Shown here: positions 25,325 through 36,363 of the stretch, in pieces
Numbering within the stretch: position 1 is the stretch's first letter
Layout of the letters: each line of letters begins with the position of its first letter
From: Harriotta raleighana
Lineage: Eukaryota
Assembly: GCA_050575255.1 (NCBI GenBank)
Contig: JBNZDD010013627.1
Location: forward strand, 2,690,607-2,754,606
Direction: 5' to 3'
Length of the DNA: 64,000 nt
Notes under the pieces: model-generated
Told to the model about the DNA's origin: nothing
Databases searched by the model: none
What the model saw: the letters and a program-made list of their open reading frames with translations, nothing else
Translations under genes and position numbers: made by a program

Positions 25325-25905
25325 GAAATTGGCAAAAGAACCAGAGGGTTGATGAGGAGACTTTTTTTTTTAAAAAGCTACAAGTTGAAATGCACTGCCT
25401 GTAAGTTCTGTCTCACTGCCTGCTCTGTCTCTGATCCTGGCCATGCTACTTTTCAAACCTGCTCCAATTTATATCCTGGATGAGGTTGATGCAGCCCTGG
25501 ACCTATCTCATACCCAAAACATTGGACAGATGCTTCGCACACATTTCAGACACTCCCAGGTTTGTTGCTTTTCTTTAGATGCGTGTAATTTGGGAGGGGA
25601 AGGAAATGGTGAGATGTTTTGGGGGCTTGCCATTGATCTCACTGTTTGTCCAGCTAGGACCACCCTACCAGTCAGAGCTTTGGCTTGCAAGGTGAAAGGA
25701 GAGGAGTGGGATGAGGAGTGGTGGAAGCAGATTCAATAACAATTTTCAAAAATAAATTGTAAATTTACTTGGAAAGAAAATAATGACGCGGCTATGGAAA
25801 GCGAGTGGGTGGTGCAACTACTCGGTCAGCACTTTCGAAGAGCCGGTAGTAGCACAATGGGATGAATGGCCTCCCTTTAAGCTGCTGATTCTGTGATTCT
25901 TTGAT
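25325..25905 (+). mobile_element. Old CR1 3' end split by the inverted exon-24 copy
   Basis: GAAATGCACTGCCTG before and GTGGTGGAAGCAGATTCAATA...GAATGGCCTCC...GATTCTGTGATTCT after the insertion are consecutive parts of the CR1 3' region (compare 1-128). Confidence 0.7.
25422..25714 (+). repeat. Inverted duplicate of SMC2 exon 24 (lacking its first 10 nt) plus 155 nt of intron 24
   Basis: Reverse complement of 24173-24465, 290/293 identical by manual alignment. Confidence 0.95.
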
Positions 25906-26142
25906 TCATGAAGCATTCAACATACAATTGGCAGAAAATCTAAACTTCCTTCGCGACAATATTGGTTTCTCATTCTCTCCTTTATCTAGGGTTTTTTTAA
26001 AACTTAAATCTCCATCCACTTTCTAGCTCTATCAGTTTAACGTCTTCCCGGCGTGAAAAGCAGTGTGCAAATGTAATTTAGAACACAATGGTTCTTAAAC
26101 AGCAAAAAAAGGTTGTGGGTTCAAAGTGTTGTCAATGGTCAC

Positions 26143-26516
26143 AACAACAACTTTGACTTATATAGCGCCCTCCACGCCAGACGGCGTCTCAGAGCGCTTC
26201 ACAGTCATGGATCCCGGGACTGAGCCAGGGGCAGGGGCAGAAAGGTGACCAAAATCGCAGTCGAAGAGAAAGATCTTTAGCTGAGACCTGAAACTGGGAA
26301 GAGAGGGGGCGAGGTGGAGGGAGTGAGGAAGGGGGTTCCAGAGCCTCAGGGCATAGTGGTTGAAGGCACAGCCGCCGAGGGTACAGCGGAGGATTCGGGG
26401 GTCATGGAGGAGGCCAGACCCGGTGGAGCGAAGGCAACAGGTGCTGGTTTGAGGAGAGAGATCGGAGAGGTAGGGGTGTGCAGAGGAGTGGAGGGATTTG
26501 AAAACAAGGGTGAGGA
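26143..26516 (-). mobile_element. L2 LINE 3' fragment abutting the SMC2 exon 22 donor
   Basis: LTLVFKSLH...LWNPLP motifs, (TTG)n tail, close relative of 63415-63806. Confidence 0.85.
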
Positions 26517-26522
26517 GGTTAC

Positions 26523-26639
26523 CTGCTTCCATGCAACATTTAAGGCATTGTTCTTCTTTTGATCCAACTCTTCAATAGTTGAGAGAATTTTTGCTTTGTC
26601 AGTTTCAACAATTCTTTTCTTCTTCATCAGATCATTGTA
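26523..26639 (-). CDS. SMC2: SMC2 exon 22
   Basis: [39 protein letters not shown], 117 nt. Confidence 0.95.
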
Positions 26640-27833
26640 CTGTGAAAAAACCCAAAATGGAGCTCACTCAATTTCATGCTTCACACAACGAAGAAATGAC
26701 TCGCTTTCATCAATACAACTGCATTCTCAGCTGTGAATTGCTCTGAGACTCCATGTCATTGCAATTTACAGAGAACAGTCACTATTGCAGTGCAGTTACT
26801 GCTAATGTACACAACCTAGTAATTCTAAGGTGATCAACGAATGTGGTCATCACCTTACAGGAGCTTTGAGGGTGAATTGGACAAATAAGGTACTTGTTAC
26901 AGCTATTGACTTAAAGCACTATAAAACCTGTAATTTGGGTTTGGGTTTAATTATAAGAATAAATTGTGTTCTCAGCGGAGCCAATTAATATACTGGAACA
27001 TCACAGAACAACGGAACTTCACATAGCACAGTGTGGAGTAGAACTGCGTGTGTGTGTCACCTGAGGCAGTGCTCTCCCAGGTGTACTCCACACTGTGGGG
27101 TGTCTAGTCAATGCTCTATCAGGACTTCCTCGTTCCCTACGAGAGCATTACCTTGTAACAAATACTCCCTGGAGATGGGGGTTGGGGACATGCATCAAAC
27201 ACAAAACTGTTGCTAAATATTGTGGAATAAATTTGCTGTTTAGGAATCCCTCAACATCTGCACTCTACTCACTTGGGTAAAGGTGGCTCCTGGGAGAATC
27301 TACAATTGAAGTCTCTAAAGGAAGCAAGCGGTCCAGCTAGATTGACAATAGAAATCTATCTTAACATATCCAGGAAAGTGCCTAGACAACCACTAAACAT
27401 CATCTCAAACCACTGAAGGTGTATTACAAAAGATTGTAATGATAATATTTGATTTTAATCTAGCGCAAAAATATCCCAAAGTCAAATACTGGTTGTCCAA
27501 GCGCAGTGACTATATTGTAGACAAACTCAGCAGCTATTGTGAAATAAACAATTGATTATTATTAGAGGATTGTTGGCCAGGAGTCCAGATAAAGACCCTA
27601 CGTTTTCAAATTGAGTTTTTAAAGTTCATAAGGGAAGGCGGGAGACAAGGTGTTGAGTGGGAGTGGGAGCTGATAGACTGAAAGCCCAACCTCCGACAGT
27701 GGGAAGGGTAGGGTGGGATTGTGGAGAGTGAAGTAAGCCACATGTCACAATTTTCACCCCTATATTGCTGTATATCTGAGAAAGTCAATTCAGTTAATCC
27801 CAAAATGAATTAATGGACAATTTGAGTTAATAC

Positions 27834-28034
27834 CCGTTCCTCAGCCTGGCTCAGCATGTTCATTGCCCTCATGTTCACATTCTTGCCCAATTTATCTTTC
27901 TTCTCCTGGAGTTGCTGCAGCCGTTGGCTGGCCTCTTTTGGGTGTTTAGTTTTGAAATCATAGACTGTGTTGGGTTGGCCAAAGAGATCTTTTTCAGAAG
28001 CAATCCAGTCGTGCTCTTTCAGCATTCTGGTTAC
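27834..28034 (-). CDS. SMC2: SMC2 exon 21
   Basis: [28 protein letters not shown]...[15 protein letters not shown], 201 nt. Confidence 0.95.
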
Positions 28035-28039
28035 CTGTG

Positions 28040-28407
28040 CAACAACAACAACAAAATTACACTTGTATAGCGCCTTTCATGTCGGGAGGACGGCCCAAAG
28101 CGCTGAACAGTCAGGTCGTAACCTGAGCAGGGATGGTGGGGGGTGGGGGCGGGGGTAGGAAGGCCTTGAAGGAGGAAAGGGAGGAAGCAAGGCGGAAGAC
28201 TGCGGGATGGAGTTCCAGAGTGTGAGGGCAGAGAGGCTGAAAGCCCGGCCACCGATGGTTGGGTGGTTAGAGCAGTGGACGCGTGGCAGGCCTGAGTCTG
28301 CCGAATGGAGGGTGTGAGTGGGCTGATAGTGAGACAGCAGGTCAGAGAGATAGGCGGGGGAAAGGCCGTCAATGCCCTTGAAAGTGAGGACGAAGATCTT
28401 ACAAAAG
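28040..28407 (-). mobile_element. L2 LINE 3' fragment ending at the SMC2 exon 21 acceptor
   Basis: KIFVLTFK...LWNSIP motifs. Tail AATTTTGTTGTTGTTGTTG runs into CACAG|exon. Confidence 0.88.
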
Positions 28408-29244
28408 AGGATCGGAAAAGGCAGCAGTTCTAATAAAAACAACCTGGATCAGTTTAACAGCAACCGGCGTTCATCAAAATCCCTGAAAGATTATGTGTTC
28501 AGCACAGATACAAAACAAATAGGTTGCCTGAGCAATAGATCAACTCTGAAAAGATTTTTAACATGCATTTTCTCCTGATTCTTTATGCCCATGTGTTTGA
28601 ATAATTGAACCCATCCACGTGTTTCGAAACTAAAATTACCATATAGGAAAAGAAAATCTCTTCACCCTGGCTCACAGGAAGTTTCGATATTTTTTCACCA
28701 AAGTAAGAGATGCTGCAGTTCAATCAATCAGAAGAGTTAGTTTGACAACAATTTGCACTTATATAGCGCTCTTCACACAGGGCAGCGTCTTGGATCGCTT
28801 AACAGTGGCGGGAGGAGGTGACCGTAAGCAAGATCAAAGAAGAGGGTCTTCAGTCGTGATCCAAAAGAGGGAAAGAGGGGGCATGGAAGAGGAATTGGAA
28901 CAGCTCCAGTTATGGATGGATCGCAGCAGAAACACGTTTTCACTTCCAAGTAGCTTATAGGAGGCGTGAGGACGGGGAGGGCAGGGGAAAGAGAGTGTCT
29001 GAAGCCACGGTCAAAGAGGAGCGTCTTGCTGTGGGCAGCACGGAAACCTGACCTGACTGGAGGGGGTTCATAAATGGAATGGTGGGAGAGGAAAGAGCGA
29101 AGTTGGGATGCAACGATTCGTTCCAGGTCCTTGGGAGAAGAAAGGGAGGTTGGAGATGGGGTGATAGCTGGAGAGTAGTGATGAATCCAGGGAAGGTTTT
29201 TGGAGGAAGGTGTGGGGAGTCAGCCTGGGGGTTTGTGCACCTAC

Positions 29245-29439
29245 TTTAGCTGCAGCATCAGTGCTGTCCCGTTTGTGCTTGTCAATGTTGTGTTCCTCCT
29301 CCTGAATCTTCAGCTGAGCTTCGTTCTTCTGTTTCACCAGCTGTGACATGGTAGTAGTTTTGACCTGTATGTCACTATTCTGACCTTTTATGGCTTCCTT
29401 CTGTTTAGCCAGATTATCCTGGGCTTTCTTTACAATCTC
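29245..29439 (-). CDS. SMC2: SMC2 exon 20
   Basis: EIVKKAQDNLAKQKEAIKGQNSDIQ...KRDSTDAAAK, 195 nt. Confidence 0.92.
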
Positions 29440-29526
29440 CTGCAAACAACCAGCAACAGCATTGTTGGTTGTACTGAACAAAATATCACCTCCAAGCAAT
29501 ACATTTATATTCTTCTATGCCATTAC

Positions 29527-29670
29527 CTTAATCTTTTCCATTTCTTCGGTCATGTTCTTAATCTGTTCCTTGTAAGACTTGATGACTTCATCGATGGCCT
29601 CCATTTGCTGTTTGGACCCTATCTGTTCGCGCTTCAACTCTTCCTTTTCCAGGAGCACAGCATCCACTGC
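29527..29670 (-). CDS. SMC2: SMC2 exon 19
   Basis: AVDAVLLEKEELKREQIGSKQQMEAIDEVIKSYKEQIKNMTEEMEKIK, 144 nt, followed by an 87-nt intron. Confidence 0.92.
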
Positions 29671-30843
29671 CTGCAAGTTACACCAAAAACATCTCTATAC
29701 ACTACTAATCATGTTGGTATCAAGGTAACTGACAGGCTTTAATAATAATCTTTCCATTTCACACAGCACCTCATTTTGTCCTTAAGGTTTCTTCAAATCG
29801 TTTCACAGAATATATTGTAAAGTGAATTGATTGTAATTTTTTTTGAAGGGATTCAGCAGGCAATCCTCCAATCGACTAACAACCTGGTTCCTATTTATTG
29901 CGAGGTAAACAGAGACATGCAGAGTTATGAAACTTGCCGTCTGAGATCAAACCCAGGTCCTCTCGCTTGCGAGGCGAGTGTTCTAACCAATACGTGACAG
30001 GATTTCATTTTGCTATCTTTCCCAATTTTCAAACGTCACTTAAAGTTTATCTAAGAACATTTAGCAAAGGGTTTTATTTGCAGTTTGGTAGAAAAGCAGC
30101 TATAATCCTTTGTTCCCATGAAAATTTGACAAACGTATGATTTGGGATCTCAAAGTTGTATGGCAGTCAAATGAGAGTTATCCATCTGATTGCTCCTGCC
30201 ATCAATCAACCATATAGCAGCTGAATAAAGAAGTACTGGGATATATTTTTAAATGTACATAACATGTCACGACAATTGAACTCTAAACGGAAGCCAAGAT
30301 AATCAGTCATTATGCCGTAGTGAATCAGTTAGAAATCTTAGACACGCACAGCCTGCAGGTGTAATTTAATGCACTGCAATTGGGGTTGAATTTAATCAAT
30401 TTACACACTTTGCAAATGAAATGATCGAATCTCCAGCTGGACAGAGCCAAAAGCAAAGTAAAAAGGCTCAACTGGTCTATTTTTTTTGCACTGCAATCCG
30501 TCATTACCAAGGTAACATGCTTTTCTCAGGTCATAAGAATATACGACCCACAGACTAATCCCCAGTGCTTGTTTTCACACCTGATCAATCGCTTAAGAAG
30601 AGCAGCAACGACAATAGCCATGTCGGGGCGGGGGGGGGGGAGGTATAGAGATCTATTGAATTGAATCCAAAAGAGCAGGCCAGACCAAGAGTAGAGGGGA
30701 AACAATGGAAAATTAATGGACACCATACATTTTTAGAGAGTAGTGAAGCATCTCAAGGTTAGGAATAACCACTGAATACTTTTATCATATTTGTGGTTAA
30801 TATGCTAATTTGTACTGCTATCACATTCCTCACCTATAATCGT

Positions 30844-31210
30844 GGAGACCTGTAGCTCAGTGGTTAGAGCACTCGCCTCGTAAGCGAGAGACCTGGGTTT
30901 GATTCCTGGCAGGGCGAAATGTTGGGAAAGTTTCCTTACCCCACAAGCCTGTTTACCTAGTAGGAAGTAGGAACCTGGTTATTAGTCGATTGGTGTTTTT
31001 CTTTTTTTGGGGATAATAATCCCTTCAAAAAAATAATTTGATCACTTCAGTCCATGACTGTTTGTGGGACACTGCTGTGTGCAATTGGCTGCCACGATTC
31101 ATCCACAAAAATATAAAATGAATTCATTTTACAATATATTCTGTGAAGCGCCTTGAAATGTCTCGGAGACACGATAAAATGCTATATCAAATGCAAGAAT
31201 TATTATTATT
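30844..31210 (+). mobile_element. tRNA-derived SINE, longer subfamily with an extra internal segment
   Basis: Head with a perfect CTCGC/GCGAG anticodon stem, extra CCTGTTTACCTAG...GTCGATTGG block, same tail. Confidence 0.88.
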
Positions 31211-31259
31211 AGAAGTTAATTTTGACACTGGATGGAACGTGTTTTTTTCCAGGTCTGTA

Positions 31260-31584
31260 CAGGGTATCTAAAAAGTTCTGTTACCCTGTTAGAAAACAGT
31301 GATACGAGATCACAGAGGTACTGAAATAAGTTGTCAGAGATGTATTTCGGTTCGTCACTCCATCCATGTTATGGAAAATGTCCAAACTTGGCAATGGATC
31401 ATTATCGGCCATGAAAATGATGGAGCTCACACTCTGGACATCTAAATACGGTTAAACACTTATACTGAATACAATTAAGTACTTCTAGATACAATTATCA
31501 TCATTCTTCCACAGGTTTCAGTTGTTGGTCAGTGCACTGTAGAAAAATAAAACACGGGGGTAACACGATTTTGTGGACACCCTG
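31260..31584. mobile_element. Mariner-like MITE remnant
   Basis: TA|CAGGGTATCTAAAAA ... TTTTGTGGACACCCTG imperfect TIRs. Confidence 0.5.
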
Positions 31585-31673
31585 AACGTTCCTACAATCT
31601 TATGTACTTTTGAGAATTACAACTATAATCATCTGTGTTCCCTGAATGTTGGTCACATTGCATTGCCTCACAC

Positions 31674-31867
31674 CTGTTGCTTCTCTTTAGTCTTCTTACT
31701 GGAGGAATCAGCTTTCTTTTTGGCAGCATCAAGCCTCTTCTGAGCTTCCGTCAGCTCCTTTTCCCTCTCTGCTTCGGCGTTTTTCATCTTGTTCTCTAGA
31801 ACTTTGCACTTTTCTTCAGCTTTCTTTTGTACCTCCTTAGTTTTCTTGAGCGTCTCCTCACATTCAT
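31674..31867 (-). CDS. SMC2: SMC2 exon 18
   Basis: [39 protein letters not shown]...KEKQQ, 194 nt. Confidence 0.94.
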
Positions 31868-32149
31868 CTAGAGTTTAAGACAGAAACAAGGCCGCTGCAA
31901 CATTTAAGCTCACGCCAGTTTTACTGCAATAAATTACTTTATACTGCACAAGGTTGTGATTCTTCAACACTGTTTCCTGACAGAAATATTCAACTCACAC
32001 AAGCTTACAAACCGAAACCTTCTTCTAAAAAAAACACAAGGGGCGTAAAGTGGGGAGAAAGCAGAGACGAGAATCAAAAAAACACTATGTGAAGTAAGTT
32101 TTCCATAATAATAACCTAATTCATCATTTCAAAAAAGCAGAAATAATCA

Positions 32150-32497
32150 GAAACATAGAAAAGAAAAATAGAAAAATACAGTACAGGAGGCTATACAAGC
32201 CTGAATCATCTTATAGAGCAAGAAAATCACTTCAATTCCCATCTTATCCCTATACCCCTATAAACCTCTTTCTTTCAAATACTTATCAACTTCCCATTTG
32301 AAAGCTAGTTAAAAAGCTGCCTCCACCACCCAGCTCACATCCCAATCACTCACTGGATGAAAACAATTCTTCCTAAGTTCTCTTTCACTCCATATAGTGG
32401 CTAACTTATACCTATGTACACTAGATACTGACTCCCCAAGCAGTGGGAATAACTTATTATTTATCCTATCCAAACCCCTCATGATTTGGTACACTTG
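32150..32497 (-). mobile_element. CR1 LINE 3' fragment
   Basis: ORF QVYQIMRGLDRI...HRYKL resembles the CR1 ORF2 end. Confidence 0.7.
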
Positions 32498-32994
32498 CAT
32501 TTGTTGGCCATTGCATTTTCCCCCCCAAATTGAGGAAAATTAATTCCCACCATTAAGTTTTTAAACGGTTATTAAAATTGGTCACTAGCCATAACTTCCC
32601 GTTTGGTGTGTGGGCAGCACCTCAAGTGAGATTTCCTGTACACTGTTTCAACAAACCCCGAAAAAATGAAAAGCTGGGTATTTCACTAATAACTTAAGTG
32701 AAATACCCAGGAATGTCACAATCCCCAGGCAGGAAATCTAATGCACAGGGTAGTGGGCTTCTGGGCACAAGTATTAAAAAAGGAATCCAGGGAAGGGTCA
32801 GAGACTAAATGCTTCCAACACATCAGGGGACGACTCAAAGTGTTAAATATCTATCATACAAATGAATGCCTGTGTTAATTAGCATGGTCCATGTTAAGTA
32901 AAATGACATTGCTATTTTCATTGCTAAATTAATCAAGTTGGTTTATTTGGAACGGATTTCACTACTTGTCCTGTTGACCTGTCGAATGAATTAC

Positions 32995-33119
32995 CAATAG
33001 TTTTCTGCAGGGTTTCAAGCTCCTGCTGCTGCCTGTAGTAGGAACTCTGCTGAAGTTTCACCAGAAGTATTTCCTGCTCTTGCGATTTCAACTCCCACTG
33101 GAGTTTCAGCTCACGGTAC
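32995..33119 (-). CDS. SMC2: SMC2 exon 17
   Basis: YRELKLQWELKSQEQEILLVKLQQSSYYRQQQELETLQKTI, 125 nt, phases consistent. Confidence 0.94.
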
Positions 33120-33952
33120 CTGAAAAGAATGCAACTGAGTTAATTACAACTATTTTTACATTAAGGGCAAAATGGATTCAAACATTACAGTACTGACAGC
33201 AACATATCGAACAGTACAGAACTGGCTGTCGCCTTTCATCCACAATATAAACAGGCAATCCACTTTACAGCATTTTCTGTGAAGCACTTTGAGAAGTCTC
33301 AAACACATGGCAAGGTGCTCTTTCAGATGCAAGGATTATTATTATTAGCAGAAATTCACAGCACTAAGTAGGTCAGCCAGAACTTCCATTTCTGGGTTGG
33401 TCCCAGCAATTTGGAGTCTTCCATCGAGGATCAGTGAGGTTTAACTTAACTGCAAACATTTGGGCAATATGAAAATGAACAAATCCCCAAATAAAATTCA
33501 TCACCATTTGGTTGTCTGTGGGACATTGTGTGTAACAAAATGCCACCTTTCACCCACAAGAAAATCCCAGTCAATACACAGTATATCCTGTGAAGCACTT
33601 TGAGATGCCGACAAATGGGATAAGCCGCTGTATCAAATACAAGGATTATCATATGAATAATTATGTAGGTTTCTTAAAAATATTGGAGGTATTTTCAGAA
33701 GGAAAGCTACAGCAGCACATATTCACATTTCTCCTTTCATCTATTTTCCACACCTCATATCTAAACCACATTTTGAATGTTACAATAATAATTGTTCTGT
33801 TGGATATAGCATCTTTCCTACCAAGGAAAGTGTTGTAATTTGTAAAGTGTTGCAACCTTGTATTTTGGGGATGAGTATTAATTTTAATGTGGGGGTGTAG
33901 TTACCTGGAGTCCCTCATCAGAGAATAAATTGCGAGTGGTACTCTATTAATA

Positions 33953-35300
33953 CAACAACAACAAAATTACACTTGTGTAGCGCCTTTCACATCAGGAGGA
34001 CGCCACAAGGCACTGGACAGTCACTGTGTCAAACCTGAGCTGGGGACGGGGTCGGGAGGGAAGGGATTGGGAGTTGCTGATGGGACCATCGAATAGGAGA
34101 GTTTTGAGGAGAGACTTGAAGGAGGCCAGGGGGGTGGGAGGGCGAGATGGAGTTCCAGAGGTTGGGGACAGAGTGGCTAAAGGCTCACCTGCCAATGGTA
34201 GGGTGGATGGGAACGGGCAGGTTGGTAAGGGGTTAGAAAGTCACGGATGTAGGGTGGGGCGAAGTTGTGGAGGGCTTTGAATATGAGGACCAGGATCTTG
34301 AATTGGATTCTCTGGGTGATGGGGAGCCAATGGAGTTGGGAAGAGGATGGGATAGATGGGGTCATGGAGTTTGGAATGGTAGAGGAAACGGGCCGCAGAA
34401 TTCTGGATCATCTGCAGCCTGTGGAGGGAGGAATTGGGAAGCCCTACAAGCAGGGCATTTGCATAGTCAAGCCAGGATATAATGAAGGCGTCTCAGCGGC
34501 TTTGTCTGGATGAGGTAGTGCCGGAGTCGGGTAATGTTGCAGAGATGGGGAAAGGCAGAGCCAGTCATTGCTTAAATGTGGGGGAGGAAAGACAGTTGAG
34601 GGTCGAACAAAACACCTAGGTTCCTGACTGGCTTGGAGAGGTCGAGTGAGCAACCATGGAGGTTGATGCTGCCAGCGCTTGATGCGTGAAGGCGCTGCTG
34701 CAAGCCAATCATTGGGTTTCTGTCTTGTTGATATTCAACTGGAGAAAGTTAGCTGATTCCAGGATGTGAAGTCTGACAGACAATAGTAGTAAGGGGTGAA
34801 GGACTGAGCCCTGGGGGACGCCACAGGTGACAATTCAGGGGCTGGTGTCGACAAAGAGTAGACGTTGGGAGAAGAGTCCAACCAGGCAAGGGCAGGTCTG
34901 CGGGGATTAAGGAGGGAGGAGATGCGGTGTAGGAGGATGGAATGGTTGACAGTGTCAAAGGCGGCAGAGAGGAGGCCAAGGAGGCAAAGAGAGCCCTGGT
35001 CGTAGATGTTTAGAGTGTCGTTAAAGACTTTGATCAGGGCTGTCTCCGTTCTGTGGGCAGCACAGAAACAGATTGAAGGGGTTCGAGGAGGGAGTGGAGA
35101 GAGAGAAAGAAAGGAGCAAAGCTGGGAAGCAGCGTCTCGTTCCAGGGCCTTGGAGAGAAATGGGAGCTTGGAGATGGAGCGGTTGTATAACTGGAAAGTA
35201 GGGATGGGTCGAGAGAAGGTTTTTTCAAGATGGTGGTGATGACAGCAGTTTTTAGAGGGGGGAGTGGGACAGTGCCAATGGATAGAGAGAGGTTAATATC
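33953..35300 (-). mobile_element. L2 LINE, ~1.35 kb degenerate RT to 3' end
   Basis: KKPSLDP, HWLPITQRIQFKILVL and AFDTV-type motifs, (TTG)n tail. Confidence 0.85.
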
Positions 35301-35360
35301 TGAGGTAAATTGCAGACATAATGCTAAAAAAAAATTTTTTAGAACCCTACACAGACGTAC

Positions 35361-35496
35361 TTCTCCACAGTGCTTTTGAGACTCCCCAGCTCCTTATCTA
35401 CTTGCTGCAACTCAGTCTGTTTCAATTGAAGTTCATCTTGAATATCTTTGAGCTCCTGAAGCCTGCTCAGAACAGAGGCTGACTGTGCTCGGGCAC
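35361..35496 (-). CDS. SMC2: SMC2 exon 16
   Basis: GARAQSASVLSRLQELKDIQDELQLKQTELQQVDKELGSLKSTVEK, 136 nt. Confidence 0.94.
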
Positions 35497-36363
35497 CTGG
35501 TTCACAAAATAAACACATTAGCCAAGTTAGTAACAGTTAAGAAAACAAACCGCACACTATTCAACGCTCAAATTCCCATCCTGCCCCAGCTCTGCACACA
35601 TACTCTAATGTAAGTAACAGCACTTCAATCCAACTGGGATAAATAAAAGCTCCATATTCTAGTAAACAACAACAACAAAAGTACATTTGTACACGTCTTT
35701 CATGTCGGCAGGCCAATAGCACATGCTTAGCAATATTGGGTCAATTTTGTGGTATTTCTTAATGTAGAGGCTCCTTCTGGTAACCAGAAATAGGTCACAC
35801 TGACTCAAGGGAATCCTACACTGAAATAGGACAAGTTGGAAACATTCCTGCTAATCAGCATCAAAGAGATAAAGAAAGCCTATTAAGAAACACCACAATA
35901 TGAACCTCATTAAAGTTTTGTATTAGCTACTCCTTATCCAGTCCTCTTTAATGGCTCTGAGATGCCGTCCGGCATGGAGGACGCTCTATAAATCGAAGTT
36001 GTTGTTGTTGTATTTAAAGAGGTGAAAACAGTTAGAAATTCTATTCGAGGCAATATATTTTGATGTAAAATGACTTCAGTTTTAAGTCTTAAAATTGGTG
36101 TTAACGTTTGTTATGGTGAGTAAAAACATAATTTTACCCCAGCTCAAATCTCTTTGATTGTTGATCAAGTTAGTTTCTTTTGGTTACCAACCATCCAAGG
36201 GTTCTTCGCCATTTCACTTTAAATTACCACGAGTAAATGGAGATTTTTTTTTCTTCACAGTACATGTGAAGTTGATTGAAGTTACTTCCCTCCTTGTCAT
36301 ATATTACATATAAAGGACACAAATAGTTTTAAAGATGCATTCACAGCAACAGCACAAACTTAC

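Noticed and set aside
25443-25739. 98-aa + strand ORF identical to the SMC2 Walker B region, as a separate gene
   Set aside because: It is the inverted duplicate. The exon acceptor is missing, the ORF runs into copied intron, and there are no other + strand exons. Reported as a structural finding instead.
27027-27097. Functional V(D)J recombination signal pair
   Set aside because: Heptamers are present but there is no ACAAAAACC-like nonamer at 12 or 23 bp and no Ig/TCR segments.
29440-29526. In-frame retention of the 87-nt SMC2 intron 19
   Set aside because: Reads GTA ATG GCA TAG, an in-frame stop at the fourth codon.
30844-30918. tRNA gene (anticodon CGT) and similar heads elsewhere
   Set aside because: No acceptor-stem pairing, and it continues into the SINE body and tail. 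These are SINE heads.
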